A stretch of 64,000 nucleotides of DNA from Negaprion brevirostris (taxonomy: Eukaryota), in the NCBI GenBank assembly GCA_030324005.1, contig JARDVH010000025.1:88484128-88548127 (forward strand), written 5' to 3'. A program made the position numbers and the translations under genes. Shown piece by piece: positions 50,336-63,385 of this stretch; position 1 is the stretch's first letter; each line of letters starts with the position of its first letter. The notes beneath the pieces are model-generated. The model was not told where the DNA came from, made no database searches, and saw nothing but the letters and a program-made list of their open reading frames with translations.

Positions 50336-53300
50336 TAATAGCTACTCGGCCCCTTCATCATAAAGATGTTAGAAGAATTTTTCTAATTGGCTTGTTTTAT
50401 CAAGTTTTTCACCCCTCCAAGAGATTAAACTGTTATAATTGAGTCATATATGGGGCAAGCTAAATGGATCAGGCAGTCTTTCCTGACCTTCATTTTTGTA
50501 CGCAAATATGAAGACTTAAGTCCCAGAAAACATGTCATCCCCTCCTTAATCAATCTAATACTTCTGCCTTTAATCTATCATATTTACTTGTTTAGAAAGG
50601 TGTGTGGTGNNNNNNNNNNNNNNNTTTGTGGATTTCTCTGGGAAAATGGTTAGCAATTTACACTTTTTTTGGTAGAAAACAATTTAACTCATGAACCATT
50701 AACCAGAAACCGTTCCTTCGTTATTTTGTGTATCTTTTAATGAACGAGAAAACCTAACTTAATTTTTGTCAAGGATTTCTTATTTTATTCTGTTATTTAG
50801 TCAATCTTTTATTCCCTGTTTACAGTTGATTAAGAACCATAGCTGAATTTTCAGGTTTTGCCAGGGGTAGCAACGAAGACAGATGTGGCCCAACAGTAAC
50901 GCTGCCACTTTGTTCCTTTCGACCATGATCAAGATGAACAGTGGAGCAGGATTGAATGGCCTACTCCTGCTTTTTGTTTGTTTGTCAGTGCAAGCCATCT
51001 TTTTGCAAAGGAGGGAGCTGTACTCCTCTCTGGGGCTAGCTGATTAGACTTAAAGGTGTTAAATACAACTAAAGGAAACTGACGAATACCAGAGGTCAGG
51101 TTAGGGGAAGATGGTGTGTGCAGTGATAGAGTAAAGTTCCAGGCCCTGCCTGCATAGGTGTGTAGAGGGGACTCCCTTCTCTCCCTATAGTGGTGGAACC
51201 TTTTCTGCCATTCTACTAAATCATGGCTGATTTGTACTTCCACCCTTATTTGTGGTGTTTTTAACTATCTTATCCATTTCAGCTTTGAAAACTTTTTTGA
51301 CTGGGTATCCAATGTTTTTGATTTCAATATGTCTAGTCATTGTTAAATGCTTCCTGAGGTCACTAGCTCCAATTTTTAAGATTATGCCTATTTGTTCTCT
51401 GTTCCTTCAATATAGCTTTCTACCGTTTCCACTTTTAAACAGCTCTAACCAACCATCTGAACTCAAATGCAGATCAAGTTTGTGCAAGCTCTTGTCAATT
51501 TAATCCTTCAAACTATGGTCTCATAAATTTGCATTGCCAGTCAATGTAACAGAATACAACAACTTACCCAGAATTTAAAGCAGTATTCCAGATTGAGACC
51601 AAGTGCATCCATTTCCCTCTTCAAACACTTCGGTTGTTAATGCAAATATCTTTTCAAATGTACCTGTTGTATACAAAAGCTGGGTGTTTCAATGAGATCA
51701 CCCGTCATTCTTAAGCTCTAGAGATCTGCATACTGGCCCAGATTGGCAAATTTCTTTGTAAAGTAGTCCTGTCGTCCACGGAACAAGTCTGAGTCTTTGT
51801 TGCACTCCTCTTTGGCAATAATAGCTTCCCTAAGGTAAGGGGACCAAAACTGTACAATGCTCTTGGTGCTTCCACACAATTGAAATAAGACCTCGCCACT
51901 CCTGTACTCCAAGCCTCTTGTGATAAAGTCTTACATGCCATTTTACTACTAAATAGCTTGCTGTATCTGCATACTAACCTTCAGTGACTTTGGACAAACA
52001 CACCCAAATCACTTTGTATATCTACACTTCCTTGTTTATCATTTAGGAAATAGTCTGCATGTCTGTTCTTTCTACCAAATTGGATTATCATTTTTCCATG
52101 TTATTTTGCAACACTTTGCCTATCAATTATTTACACTTCCTATTTTTGTATAATCTGGAATTTTGGACACCATTTTGCTTATTCCTATATTTAAATCATA
52201 TAGTGAATATAATCCAGTGGAATAGTGTTACTCACAGCCACTTTGAGGTATTGCTTTTGATTTGTTTTTAATCCAATAAGCTGTACCCCTAATTCCATAG
52301 CCTTTCATTTAAAATTCTCTGTACCCTGTCAAAGGATGCTTCAATTTTTTCCAAGAACCATATTCATTGAAATTGCCCTATCCATTGTATCTAACACAGT
52401 TTTCTTAATCACAACCTTCTGTACTGAAATCTCTGGCTGCTTCCAATCATTAATGGAATAATTGGCCATTATTCCACAAGATATTTAATAATTTGATCTT
52501 GTAGGATTCTAAAATTTTCCTGAACATGGCTGTCAAACTAATTACCCTGTTGTTAAATAGATACATATCAGCAAGTCTTCTATATAATAAATCTACTCCA
52601 CACCTGTAAAGCAGTTTTGTATGTTGAGGTTGTTAAAGTGCTATTTAAAAAAACTTAGTCTCAGGGGTCACACTTAACAGTTCCAATTCTTAGTGATTTA
52701 CATATTTCACTAATATTTTGAGATTCTCTTGTGCTGTTTATTTGCTTTTCTTAGTTTTTGCCTCCATTTTTGTCATGCTTTCAGAATATGCCCTCTCAAT
52801 CATTTTTCAGAATACTTTATTTGGCCATAGCCTTCTGAAACTTGGAATTTAGAAGAATACAAGGTGGTCTAATTGAAAGGGGAAAAAGATTGAAGCTTGA
52901 CAGGAAGTGCTGAGAAAATGTTTTTCCTGGCTGTGGAATTTAGAGCTGGGGAAATCATAGCCTGGAAATAAAAGATTGGCTATTTAGGACTGAGGGCAAA
53001 AATGTCTTGCAAAAGATTGTGAATCTTTGGAATTATCTACCCCAAACGGCTGTTGATGTTCAGCTGAGTATTTTCAGAATAGAGATTTTTTTTTGGGTGC
53101 AAAGGTACATGGGGCAGTGAAGGAAGACTGCCTGTGATCTTGAGACACAAGATGAATTTCCAAGCAGGTTTGAAGGGCCAAATATTTTACTCATTTCTTG
53201 TGTTCTTGTATGTTTTGAAAGTGTATAAAGAAGATCCTGTTCTCCATTCCTTTTGACCCATTTGTCTCCTTCCATCTCACTGTATAAAATGTGCCCTATT

Positions 53301-54293
53301 CCTGTCAGGTGCACTTTTTGTACTAACCACTTCCCTAATGTTTGTGCATTCCTCTCTGAATTGTCAAGTGCATGTTTGTTTTTGGAGATGTTGAAATCCA
53401 TTCAGTTACCAATTCAAATCTTGCTCATTAATCCATGCTGTGCTCTTTTTGTTTAACACATCTGGGTATTTTGTTCAAATAAAAAATCCTTATTCTCAGC
53501 CGCAAATGTAGTAGCTAAAATCACAATTGAAAAATGTCAAACTCAGTCAGTTCATGGTGTTAAAATTTTAGAACTCTTGTGATTTTACATAACTTTTCCC
53601 TTCAAACATTGTATAGATCAATACAGCTACAGTGCTCCTTGCCATAGCTAATTACCAACTTCAGAAATGAAAGTGGAGCTGAATCCTGATCTGAATTAAG
53701 TAGCTGATGCATACCATTGCATTAAAAGCTTTTTTGTAACAGGTTCATTTTCTCCACGTATGTTGCCTATTGAGTATATAACATAAATTTCCAAGTCTGC
53801 CAACTTCCAACTATTAACATATCAAGGGATCAAATTTGTTTCTAAACGGCCACTGTTGCTAATAAAGGAAGTTAGTGAATCTAAATGCGTATCCCTCCAT
53901 TGCAGTACCTAAAGTGTTGTTCTTCACCCCAGCAATGGATGACACCAATTCTAAATGAAATAGCTAATATGTACATTTTAAGTACTTGTGTTAAATCACC
54001 TGTGACATTATGCGCACGCCAATACTTTAATGTTCAGAGGAAGCAGGTTAGAAAGCATCTTTAAAGGGTGCTAATTGTGACCTCATTTCAAAGCGCTTTA
54101 CAGCCAGTTAATTATGTGAAAAATGTAGACACTATTGTGGAAGTGCAACAATCAACGGTAAGGTTCCAAAGACAGGAGTTTTTAATTAGCTTGTAGTAAT
54201 TTTGAGGAATGAATATTGGACAAGACACGAGATAATTTTGCTCTTAAGTAATGCCATGGAACTTTTTACCTCTCTCCCTGAACCTGAGGGGGT

Positions 54294-54895
54294 ATGATGT
54301 GGATGTGCCGGCGTTGGACTGGGGTAAACACAGTAAAAAGTCTAACACCAGGTTTTAGTCCAACCGATTTATTTGATAGTAAACTCACAAGCTTTCGAGG
54401 GGACACCCTCTTCGTCAGGTNNNNNNNNNNNNNNNNNNNNNNNNNNNNNNNNNNNNNNNNNNNNNNNNNNNNNNNNNNNNNNNNNNNNNNNNNNNNNNNN
54501 NNNNNNNNNNNNNNNNNNNNNNNNNNNNNNNNNNNNNNNNNNNNNNNNNNNNNNNNNNNNNNNNNNNNNNNNNNNNNNNNNNNNNNNNNNNNNNNTAACT
54601 GTCCTGGCTGGAGATTATACACATCTCTCTAACCTGTGCTTAACCCTCTCTCCACTCCTGTCTGTACCTTTTAAGACTTGATTAACTGTAAAAGACGTGC
54701 ATTTCAATCATTATTCTGAAAATTGAATTTGTATCTTTATATGCCCTGTTTGTGAATAGAATTCCTGCTCACCTGATGAAGGAGCAGCACCCCAAAAGCT
54801 AGTGGTGTTTGCTACCAAATAAACCTGTTGGACTTTAACCTGGTGTTGTGAGACTTACTATGTTTACCCTAGTCCAATACTGGCATCTCCACGTT
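54294..54895. mobile_element. Penelope-like element with inverted termini, gap in the middle
   Basis: Left tgtggatgtgccggcgttggactggggtaaacacagtaa...acaccaggtt..agtccaac is the reverse complement of right gttggactttaacctggtgtt...tgtttaccctagtccaatactggcatctccac; hammerhead-type cores in both arms. Confidence 0.75.
54384..54420 (-). ncRNA. Minimal type I hammerhead ribozyme motif of a Penelope-like element
   Basis: Minus strand reads AC CUGACGA AGAGGG UGUC CCCUC GAAA GCUU GUGAG: catalytic boxes CUGANGA and GAAA, stem II, and palindromic AGCU stem III. Most of the stem I 5' arm falls in the N gap. Confidence 0.55.
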
Positions 54896-55029
54896 AGAAG
54901 ATAACATCAGAGCAGACTTAATGGGCCGAATGGCCTCTTCTGCATTGTAGGGCAGCTTTTGTGTTTTAACTGAATTTCTTAAACTTGCTGTCCCCTCATT
55001 TTACTTGATATTTAATATTGTACATGAAT

Positions 55030-56270
55030 TCTTTGGATGTAGATGTTGCAAGTGAAGCCAGCATTTATTGCCCTTTGGAAAGTGGAGGTGAGCTGTTGCC
55101 TTGGAGTTAGTGTCCTCGATATACCTATCCTGCTGTTGGGAAGGGATTTCCAGGATTTCAATCCAGCGAAGGAATGATAATTATTGTTCCTAAGTCAGGC
55201 TGGTGGTGGCTTGGAGAATGAATGCATGGTTGCTGTTCATATGTCTACTGCCCTTGTTCTTGGTGGTAAAAACCATGAATTTTTGAAGATGTTGCTGCAG
55301 TGCATCTTGTATATGATGCACACTGCTGCCACTGTACACCAATGGTGGATGGGGTGTTGATCAAAACAGCAGCTTTTGTCCTGGATAGACAAATGTCTTG
55401 AGTGTTGTTGGCATTGCACTCATCCAGGCTGGTTGAGAGTATTTCAATACACTTGTGCCTTGCAGATGGGAGACATTATTTGGGAGGTTAGGAGGTGAGT
55501 TGCTCTCCAGAATTTCCAGCCTTTGACCTGCACATGCAACCACAGCATTTATATGGCAGATTAAGTTTATAAGTTTCTGGTCAATGGTAACCCCAACTGT
55601 ACTGATGCTGGGGGAGTCAGCAATGGTAATTTCATTGGTAATATCATTGGTTGTCAAGAGCTGATTAGATATTTTTATTGGAGATGAGCATTACCTGCCA
55701 CTGTGTGCACATCAGTCCAAGATATAACATTGTCAGGTCTTTCTGCACGTGGACGTAGTCTTCATCAGGGGAGTTATGAATGGTACTGAACATCATGCAA
55801 ACAACAGCAATCATTCTCCCTTCTGGCCTTCTGATTAGAGAAAGGTCACTGAAGCAGCTGAAGATGGTTGGCCTAGGACACTTCCATGAGGAACTTCTGC
55901 AGCAATATGCTTGGCCCCCAAAAATCACAACCATCTTCCTTTGTGTCAAGTGTCATTCCAACCAATGAAGATGTATATCCTGATATCCATTTACTTAAAT
56001 TTTGCTGGGGCTCCTTCCACACTCAGTCAAATAGTGCCTTGATCATGAGGTGAACCCAAACTGAATTAATGAAATGCTTATTGCGAAGTGCGGCTTGATA
56101 GCACTGTGGATAACAGTATCCATCACTTTACTGATGAAGAATTGACTAAATGGGATAATAATTGATTGGATTTGTCTTGCTTTTTGTGGAGAGGACAATA
56201 GAATGTATCTGGGCAATTTTTTACATCGGGTAGAAGTGTGCTAGAATAGGTTGGCTAGGTGCGCAGGTGC
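55030..56270 (-). mobile_element. LINE remnant, same family as 45000-45980, opposite orientation
   Basis: Minus ORFs read SISTVGVTIDQKL and HHWCTVAAVCIIYKMHCSN; ttctggtcaatggtaacccc is the reverse of ggggtttaccattgaccagaa at about 45762. Confidence 0.8.
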
Positions 56271-59200
56271 AACTAAATTCTGCCAAATAACTCATTTCAT
56301 TTGGACTTCCAACATTCCAAGCTTCATCTGTGAAGGTAGTAAAGCTTTCACAAATCACCTTTATTTGGAATTGAAAATCTATTAAAACTAAATCTTCGGA
56401 GGAGTGGCATTACCATTGGATTGCTGCTGTACTTCCATTTTGTTTTTGAAAATGCCAACAGTCCACACTGATTAAAAAGAAATCAATAAGATGTGGGACA
56501 TTCAGAATATGCTTTGAAGGTAGTGACATAATTGTCTGGAACAGCGTAAAATTAGTGATACTGTGTAGAACCATTGAGGGTGATTTGAGCCTGCAGAAAT
56601 GGTGGTGGGGTTTAAGATCTGGCTAAACCTGGAATCATACTAGCTAGATAGCAATTTCTGATTTTCCATACCCACCGTTTGTTGGCAACGTAATCAGGTT
56701 CATGCCCACAATGAGCATGAACCCGATTACAAAAGCTAAATTTGAATGTCACTAAATGCTTCCTCCCTCAGCACTTGATTTCCCCCTTGCCGTGTTTACA
56801 AACCTGCCTGTGTAACATCAAGTCAGAGCAATTTACAACAGCTTCATGCCTGTCTGGCAGATACCCCTGGGGCTTAAAGATGAGTATAACCCCAGGAGAG
56901 AAGGATATGGCCAGGCAGTAGCCTTGCCCTGTACCCTGGCACAGTTGGTACTGTGCCAACCTGAGTTAGGCTAATGCTGGGAGTAGAGCTCTATGGGAAC
57001 TTCAGGGGGAGAGAAGAGCAGTAGGAATGCTGGTGTAGCTGTTTGGGAGGCAGGGGGGATGGCAGTGTCACCAGGATTGGCCGTTGGGGTGTCAGGGCGG
57101 GGGGTCCTCGAGACCTCATTATTTCCTTTAAAAAAAAGGGTGTCTTGATCTCGGTGTACACTGCTTTGCCAATGTATTTAGACTTTCCCATTCCTTTCAC
57201 TTTGATCCTGCTCAAACTTCCTCCACTCATTCTTTCCATCTATTCTCTCACTACCCTCCTTTCATAGGAGGAAGGTAAGGTAAAGGGAAAATGGCATAAG
57301 ATGGAGAGGCGTTGAAGTAGGGCAGAAGGCTTGAAGTGTAAAGATGTACTGAGGTTGCTTGATGTCACAGCTGAATTCAAGGCTGGCACTTAATGCTAGT
57401 TGACCTGAAACTGTAGTGATGAACTGCTGCAGGTTGAGGTTTAATACAGCTGAATGGCTTGCTACCTCATTTCAGAGAACATTAGGGTCACTTGTCAGGT
57501 CGAGATGGTTGGATTCATCTCAGAAAAAAAATATAAATAAATCAGCTGGATTTTCATGCACTTTTATTGATACCCACTTCGTACATCCCATTTCTGATAA
57601 ATCGAATTAAAATTTTGCAACTATCATGGTAAAATTTTAATTTGTATTCTCTGGATTCAGTTCAGACCTCTGATTTACCAGTCCAGTTACAAAATCAGCG
57701 CACCACCATAACAGGTTTTGGGACTCTGCTTGGAAAAGTTACACCAGATACCATTTATATTGTGAATATAACTCTACAAATCACTGCTAGCATGAAATTA
57801 ACAATGTCTTTGTCAACCAGCTTGTATTCTCTACTCTTGGAGACCTGATATTTCTTTCCAGTTTTCCACTGAGTTTAACTTGGGAGCTGTCATACAACTT
57901 GAATTATCTGTTTCATTGTCCTCCTACTTTCAATGTGTCACATAGTTACATTTACAATTCTACCTACTAGTGCAATAACAATATAATCCCAAGACTACTC
58001 ACCGTTTTTAATTTCTACTTATGAGAAGTGACTAGTTTTAAGTTTAAAAAGGGCATTGCAGCTGCAGGTGCTGCTGTGAATATAATGTAATCAGTTGAGA
58101 AAATGGGGCAGCATCAAATGCACCAGGCAGCCTAAATTATATTTTGTGATCATCAGCTACAACTTGATCAAACCTTCATGCTTGCCAAGGCTGACAATCC
58201 AGTAATTTGAACAAACAATACTCAAAAAACGGTCTTTAACTGTGACTGCCATCAAGTCAATGGTGAAAATTTGTAAAAGTATATGTAGGCCTGTCGTAAT
58301 TTATCCGCAAATTTCGTGAAGGGGCCTTGCAGATGAGCGGGAATGCAAACTGGAAAATTGTCTGCTGAAAAAACAATGCAAGTGATATCAGAAGGTTGGG
58401 AGTGCTGGAAATGGAACTATTTATCACACTAAGAAACAAATGGTATTAAAAGTTAAAAAAAATGAAGGATCCTTGATAAACTCGATGGGATTGGCAAATA
58501 ATGAGTAGGCCCAAACCAGATGTGGGCCAGTGAATTATCAGTTAAACCAGGGACGTATATGACCTTTTCATTCTGAAAAATGAAAAGCAGGAATGAGCAA
58601 ATAAAAACCACCAAATTAAATTATGTTATATTCCTCTCTGTTTTCCCTAACATTTATCACATTTTTAATCAGTGCTTTTTTCATACACTCCCATCTCTCA
58701 CTTTCTGTGACCCTATTCTTTCTTTTACCTCTTGATGCTAGGTTCCTCTCTCTTTTTAATGACTCATTTTCTATTTTTCACAATCTTTTGTTTTTTTTGC
58801 CATGGCCCCATTCTGCGTCCCTTGTCCCCAAGCTCTGAATTTTAATAAGGTCATTCTTCTTTTTCCTAGCTCTAGTTTTTTTTTTAAAATAGCTTTCTAC
58901 TTTTCCAATCCATTTCTTTATTAGCCTCATTCTGTTTTTTTCTCTCTATTTTTCCAAAAAAAATCATTCTGCTTGGTAACCACCTAATTAAAACTCTTAT
59001 TAAGCAGGAATGGATTTTTAGAGGAACTGACCTGATAACAGCTGCTCTTGTTCGTCCTTCAAGACTAAGATTCATCATTGAGAGCGTTTACTGGGACTCC
59101 ATTAAGTGTGTAAGTGATTGCTTCAGGCTGATCTGTGCCCAGAAGCTTCCATTGCAAACAGCTCAGGGCACTGCAGATGATTGAGTTTTGGATGTTTCGT

Positions 59201-59464
59201 TGGTTCAGGAGTTTCTCCCCTTGTGTTTTCTCTCTCCCCCTGTGTTCTGAGTTTTGAAGGCCACCGCACTTTTGTTTTTTAAAAAAATGTGGTTTCACCA
59301 TGTGCAGTGATTCTGTGTGATCTTCTCCGAGGACTGGAAATTGGTGTCAACCACTCAATGAAACCTTTAGTGTTCTTGTGGTGCTTCTTTTGATTGCCAG
59401 AAGAGTGCATCCAAACTCAAGCTCTCCATAGCAGATCACTTTCGTAAGACAGTGCCTGTGTGTT

Positions 59465-59755
59465 ATAAGTTAAAGTTTTATTTATTGGTCACATGTAGGC
59501 TTACATTAACAGCACAATGAAGTTACTGTGAAAAACACCCACACCAGCGCTTGTTCAGGTACACTGAGGGAGAATTTAGCATAGTCAATCCATCTAAGCA
59601 GCATGTCTTTTAAGTGTGGGAAAAAACTGGAGCACCCAGAGGAAACCCTGCAGACATGGGGAGAATGTGCACTCCACACAGTGACCCAAGCCAGGAATCA
59701 AACTGGGTTCCTGATGCTGCGAGGCAGCAGTGCTGACCACTGTGCCACCATGCTG
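59465..59755 (-). mobile_element. Near full-length V-SINE
   Basis: Tail taaagttttattt, V-domain ggagcacccagaggaaaccctgcagacatggggagaatgtgc, tRNA head gaggcagcagtgctgaccactgtgccacc. Confidence 0.9.
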
Positions 59756-59879
59756 CTGTACTGTAGCCCAGCTATGACTAGCCCAACTCATTTGTAATTA
59801 CCTTAATAAAGTGTGAATACTTGGCATACCAACTCGGGTGAGCACCTCCATGCTACCATCTATCCTTAAAAAGCTTCCT

Positions 59880-60710
59880 GAAGACAACTCATCAATATAG
59901 ACAGTTTGAGAAGGTGTGCTGCCAAGGTAAGTGAATTTGTGCACTGCTGACAGGTTCTGATCATGGACTGAAATCTTAAGCTCAATGTAGGACTTTCCTA
60001 GAGTCTGCTGAATGTTCTTTTGGATTTTATGGTGCTGATAAGTTGTTGCATGCATTGGAGAACGAGTTCATGTTATATGGCATGACCAGCACTGACCCGG
60101 CAGCTGGTGCAGAGTAATTAGCAAATTTTGTCCTTGGAAAAGCTGTCTTTGTCTGGAGTAGTCTTAAATTGAGCAGCTTCCTCTGCATGTGATTTTAATG
60201 TCAGGATCACCTTCATGGAAACTGAATCATAGTGATGAACTTCTCAGAGCAGCCAAATTCCTCTTTGATGTTTCAAAGGCCCCCATGGCTGACTGTCAAA
60301 AATAGTCAAGTCAACAAACATGATGTCAAAATCCATGTTCTGTTCTTTTCATTTCTCCTGGAGCTGCAAGCAACATTTCAGTGGTTTCTTAACCTTTCTG
60401 AAACCACACTCTATGGCAACAGATCCTAGTCGAGATGTTGCATAAAGTGGTCCAGGATTCTGGCAAAGATTTTGCTGGTGTTGGAGAGGAGCGATGTATC
60501 TGTCAAATGATTGACAAATTCCTTTCTGCTTATACTGGTGGACGTTAGAAGCATCTTTCTATTCTTACTCCCATATCTATTCCTTACTCCCATATATTCT
60601 GAAAGAGTCCAGTGAGCTTCTTGACCAGGAATTGACAGTTTTGCATACAAATTGCTTGCCTTTTGAGAAAACAGTTATATTTTCAGCCACCTATGCATGC
60701 TAATCCCATA
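59880..60710 (-). mobile_element. RTE-clade LINE remnant
   Basis: Minus peptides LSAVHKFTYLGST.SQ.V.IDE and SLLS..SKIFARIL. Confidence 0.7.
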
Positions 60711-60845
60711 TTACACCATGGGGGAACTTGAAAAGCCACCAACATCAATTTGTGAATCACTTCTTCTGTGTGTTTTCAGCACATGTACAAAAGCAACTGT
60801 GTGCATGAATTAACAAGTGTTAATGGCCACTGATAATGGAATCTG

Positions 60846-61030
60846 AACAAAAACAGAAAATGCTGGAAAATCTCAGCAGGTCTCACAGCATCTGTGGAGT
60901 GAGAGTTGAGTCAACATTTTGAGTCCAGATGATCTTTTGTCATGATCGTCTCTATTGAGAATAGATTAGCTCTATTCTCGCTTCACAGATGCTGTCAGAC
61001 CTGCTGAGATTTTCCAGCATTTTTCCGTTT
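60846..61030. repeat. Palindromic Penelope-derived hairpin repeat
   Basis: aaaatgctggaaaatctcagcaggtctcacagcatctgtg pairs with cacagatgctgtcagacctgctgagattttccagcatttt. Other family pieces at about 9010-9110, 9816-9860 plus 10320-10495, and 21345-21440. Confidence 0.8.
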
Positions 61031-61767
61031 CTTATCCAAAAGTAATTATTGTGGATGCTTGACATAGAGCTCAATAATTCTGAATCCTACACCTACATCT
61101 ACATCTAGACTTCTGTGCAAAGTTTATATTCTGTATGTCAGATAAGGTTTTATAAAATTGTACAATACTAGCAACTTGTTGAGACATTACAGATCATTGG
61201 ATATATTTATTTATGAACAGAATTTGTAAATTGCAATATTCATTTAAATTATCTTTTATTTGCTTTCTGTTGACATGATTTCTACAGTTTTAGTAGAGAT
61301 GAAATAAACGCACATGATGATAAATGAAGTTGTGGTAGGTCTATTAATCAAGAGTTCCAAATTTGAAATAACAAGCTCCAAAGATTCAAGCAACAGAGTA
61401 TCTTGAATAGAAGCATGTGCCTTTTGTTTTGCAAATAAAACTTTAAAGTAGTTTAAATGCAACTTTATTTAAAAATGTTTGAAGTACAACTATAATGTTA
61501 TATATCTGCTAGTGCTTCTTACAGAAAAGGTCATTGCAATATCAAACATTTTATACCATTGCAAGAATATTGTGGAAATTTGACTTTGCATTTTCATGAA
61601 ACAGCATCTTAACTGTAATCAAAACTGAGTTCTAAAGAGTAGAAAAATACCTTTTAACCCAACATTATTTGGGAGAAATGCCCCCAGATCATTCTAGAAA
61701 ACATATTTTATGTGATGCATATTGTTAATTGAACACCAGAGGATTCCCTGATGGAACTAATTCAGAG

Positions 61768-61900
61768 AGGGTGGGATTCTCTGGTGTTGCCGTTGTCAAT
61801 GGGATTTCTCATTGATGACACCCCATGTTTCAGCAAAACCTGCAACAAGGGGTGCGCTGCCAGTGGAACTGGAGAATCCCCCTGGTGTGAACAGCCGGAG
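61768..61900. mobile_element. Short MITE (Harbinger-type termini)
   Basis: gggtgggattctctgg and ccggagaattg form imperfect terminal inverted repeats. Related short elements at about 7393-7501, 9862-10317 and 11737-11855. Confidence 0.55.
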
Positions 61901-61914
61901 AATTGTCTCTTGGA

Positions 61915-62670
61915 ACCAGAGGACCAAACCTTTTGATACACCTCTAGTTACAACCTGCCAACCAAAAAACAAAATTTATCCCCACTCTCTGCTTTCTGTT
62001 GGTTAGCCAATCCTCTGTCCAAGCTAATACATTACCCCCAACCCTGTGGGATCTACCTTGTGTATTAAACTTTTGTGCGGCACTTTATCAAATACCTTCT
62101 GTAAGTCCATATACATTATATCGACAGGACCCCCATTATCCACTTTGCTTGTTATATCTTTGAAGAACCCCAGAAAATTAGTCAATCATGATTTATCCTT
62201 CATAAAACCAGGCTGACTGTTGGATTGTGTCGTCGTTTTCCTAGTGTCCTGTTATTACTTTCTTAATAATGGATTCCAACAGTTTCCCAACAAATGTCAA
62301 ACTGACTGATCTGTAGCTTCCTACTTTCTGCCTTTCTCCCTTTTTGAACAGGGGTGTTTAATTAGTCTTTTTCCAGTTCATTGGAACCTTTCTGAAATCC
62401 AGGAAATTTTGGAATTTTAGTACCAATGCTTCCACTATCTCTGCTTCCACTTCCTTTTGAAGACCCTAAGATGTCGGCCAGCAGGTCCTGGGGATTTGTC
62501 TGCCTTTAATCCCAATAGCTTGGTCAGTACTTTTTCCCTAGAGATGGTGATTGTTTTAAGTTCCTCCTTTTCAAAAAGACTCTGCATTACCTGTTACTAT
62601 TAGGATGGTTGTAGGGTCCTCCACTGTGAGAACCAAGGCAAAATATTGATTTAGTGTATGTATTCATCTA
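61915..62670 (-). mobile_element. CR1 LINE RT fragment
   Basis: Reverse strand encodes KSPGP.G..LRV, P.FKKGE...VGSYRSVSLT and V.YMDLQKVFDKVPHK. Confidence 0.8.
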
Positions 62671-62779
62671 TTTTGTTGTGAATGATTTACAAAGTACCAT
62701 TATGCCTTTAGCTGTAATTATAGTTTTCCTTAATGCCACCCTGATTCCTAATGTCCCATTACATTTCTTAAGATACCTG

Positions 62780-63385
62780 TCCCTTCCACTCAGCTTTTTT
62801 TTTCAAAAATATACTTCATATAACATTACAGAAACATTTCCAATCATTACAAAACAGGGAAAAATGGTCATATTTTCAACATCAAAATTTAGTGTTGTTT
62901 AAAAAATGTATTATGTTACAGTATTATCCAGAGTTCTTTGTCAAGCTATATACATTTGTCCCATTGCACTTTGTGGTGCTTTTACAGAGTTACACAGTTA
63001 AACATTCTAAAATTTTTTTTAACAGTTAACTTGGTCTGCATTGATTGAAAGGCCTTACACTGTGGCCTTTCCCCATTGTGCCTTTTGCGGCAGCTACTCC
63101 AAGCTTGAGGGCATCCCTCAACACGTAGTCCTGGACCTTGGAATGTGCCAGTCTGCAACACTCAGTGGAGGACAATTCTTTGCACTGGAAGACCAGCAGG
63201 TTTTGGGCAGACCAAAGTGCATCTTTCGCCAAGTTGATGACCCTCCAGCAGCAGTTGATATTTGTCTCTGTGTCCCTGGAAACAGCCCGTAGATAGAGTA
63301 TTTCATTACAGAGCTGCTCAGAATGAACTTCGACAAATACCAATACACCTGTCTCTAGACCTTCTTTGCAAAAATACATTCCACC
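62780..63385 (-). mobile_element. Tx1-like (L1 clade) LINE 3' end
   Basis: ETNINCCWRVINLAKDALWSAQNLLVFQCKELSSTECCRLAHSKVQDYVLRDALK is a Tx1-type ORF2 C-terminus; the T-run at about 62794-62802 may be the poly(A) tail. Confidence 0.75.
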
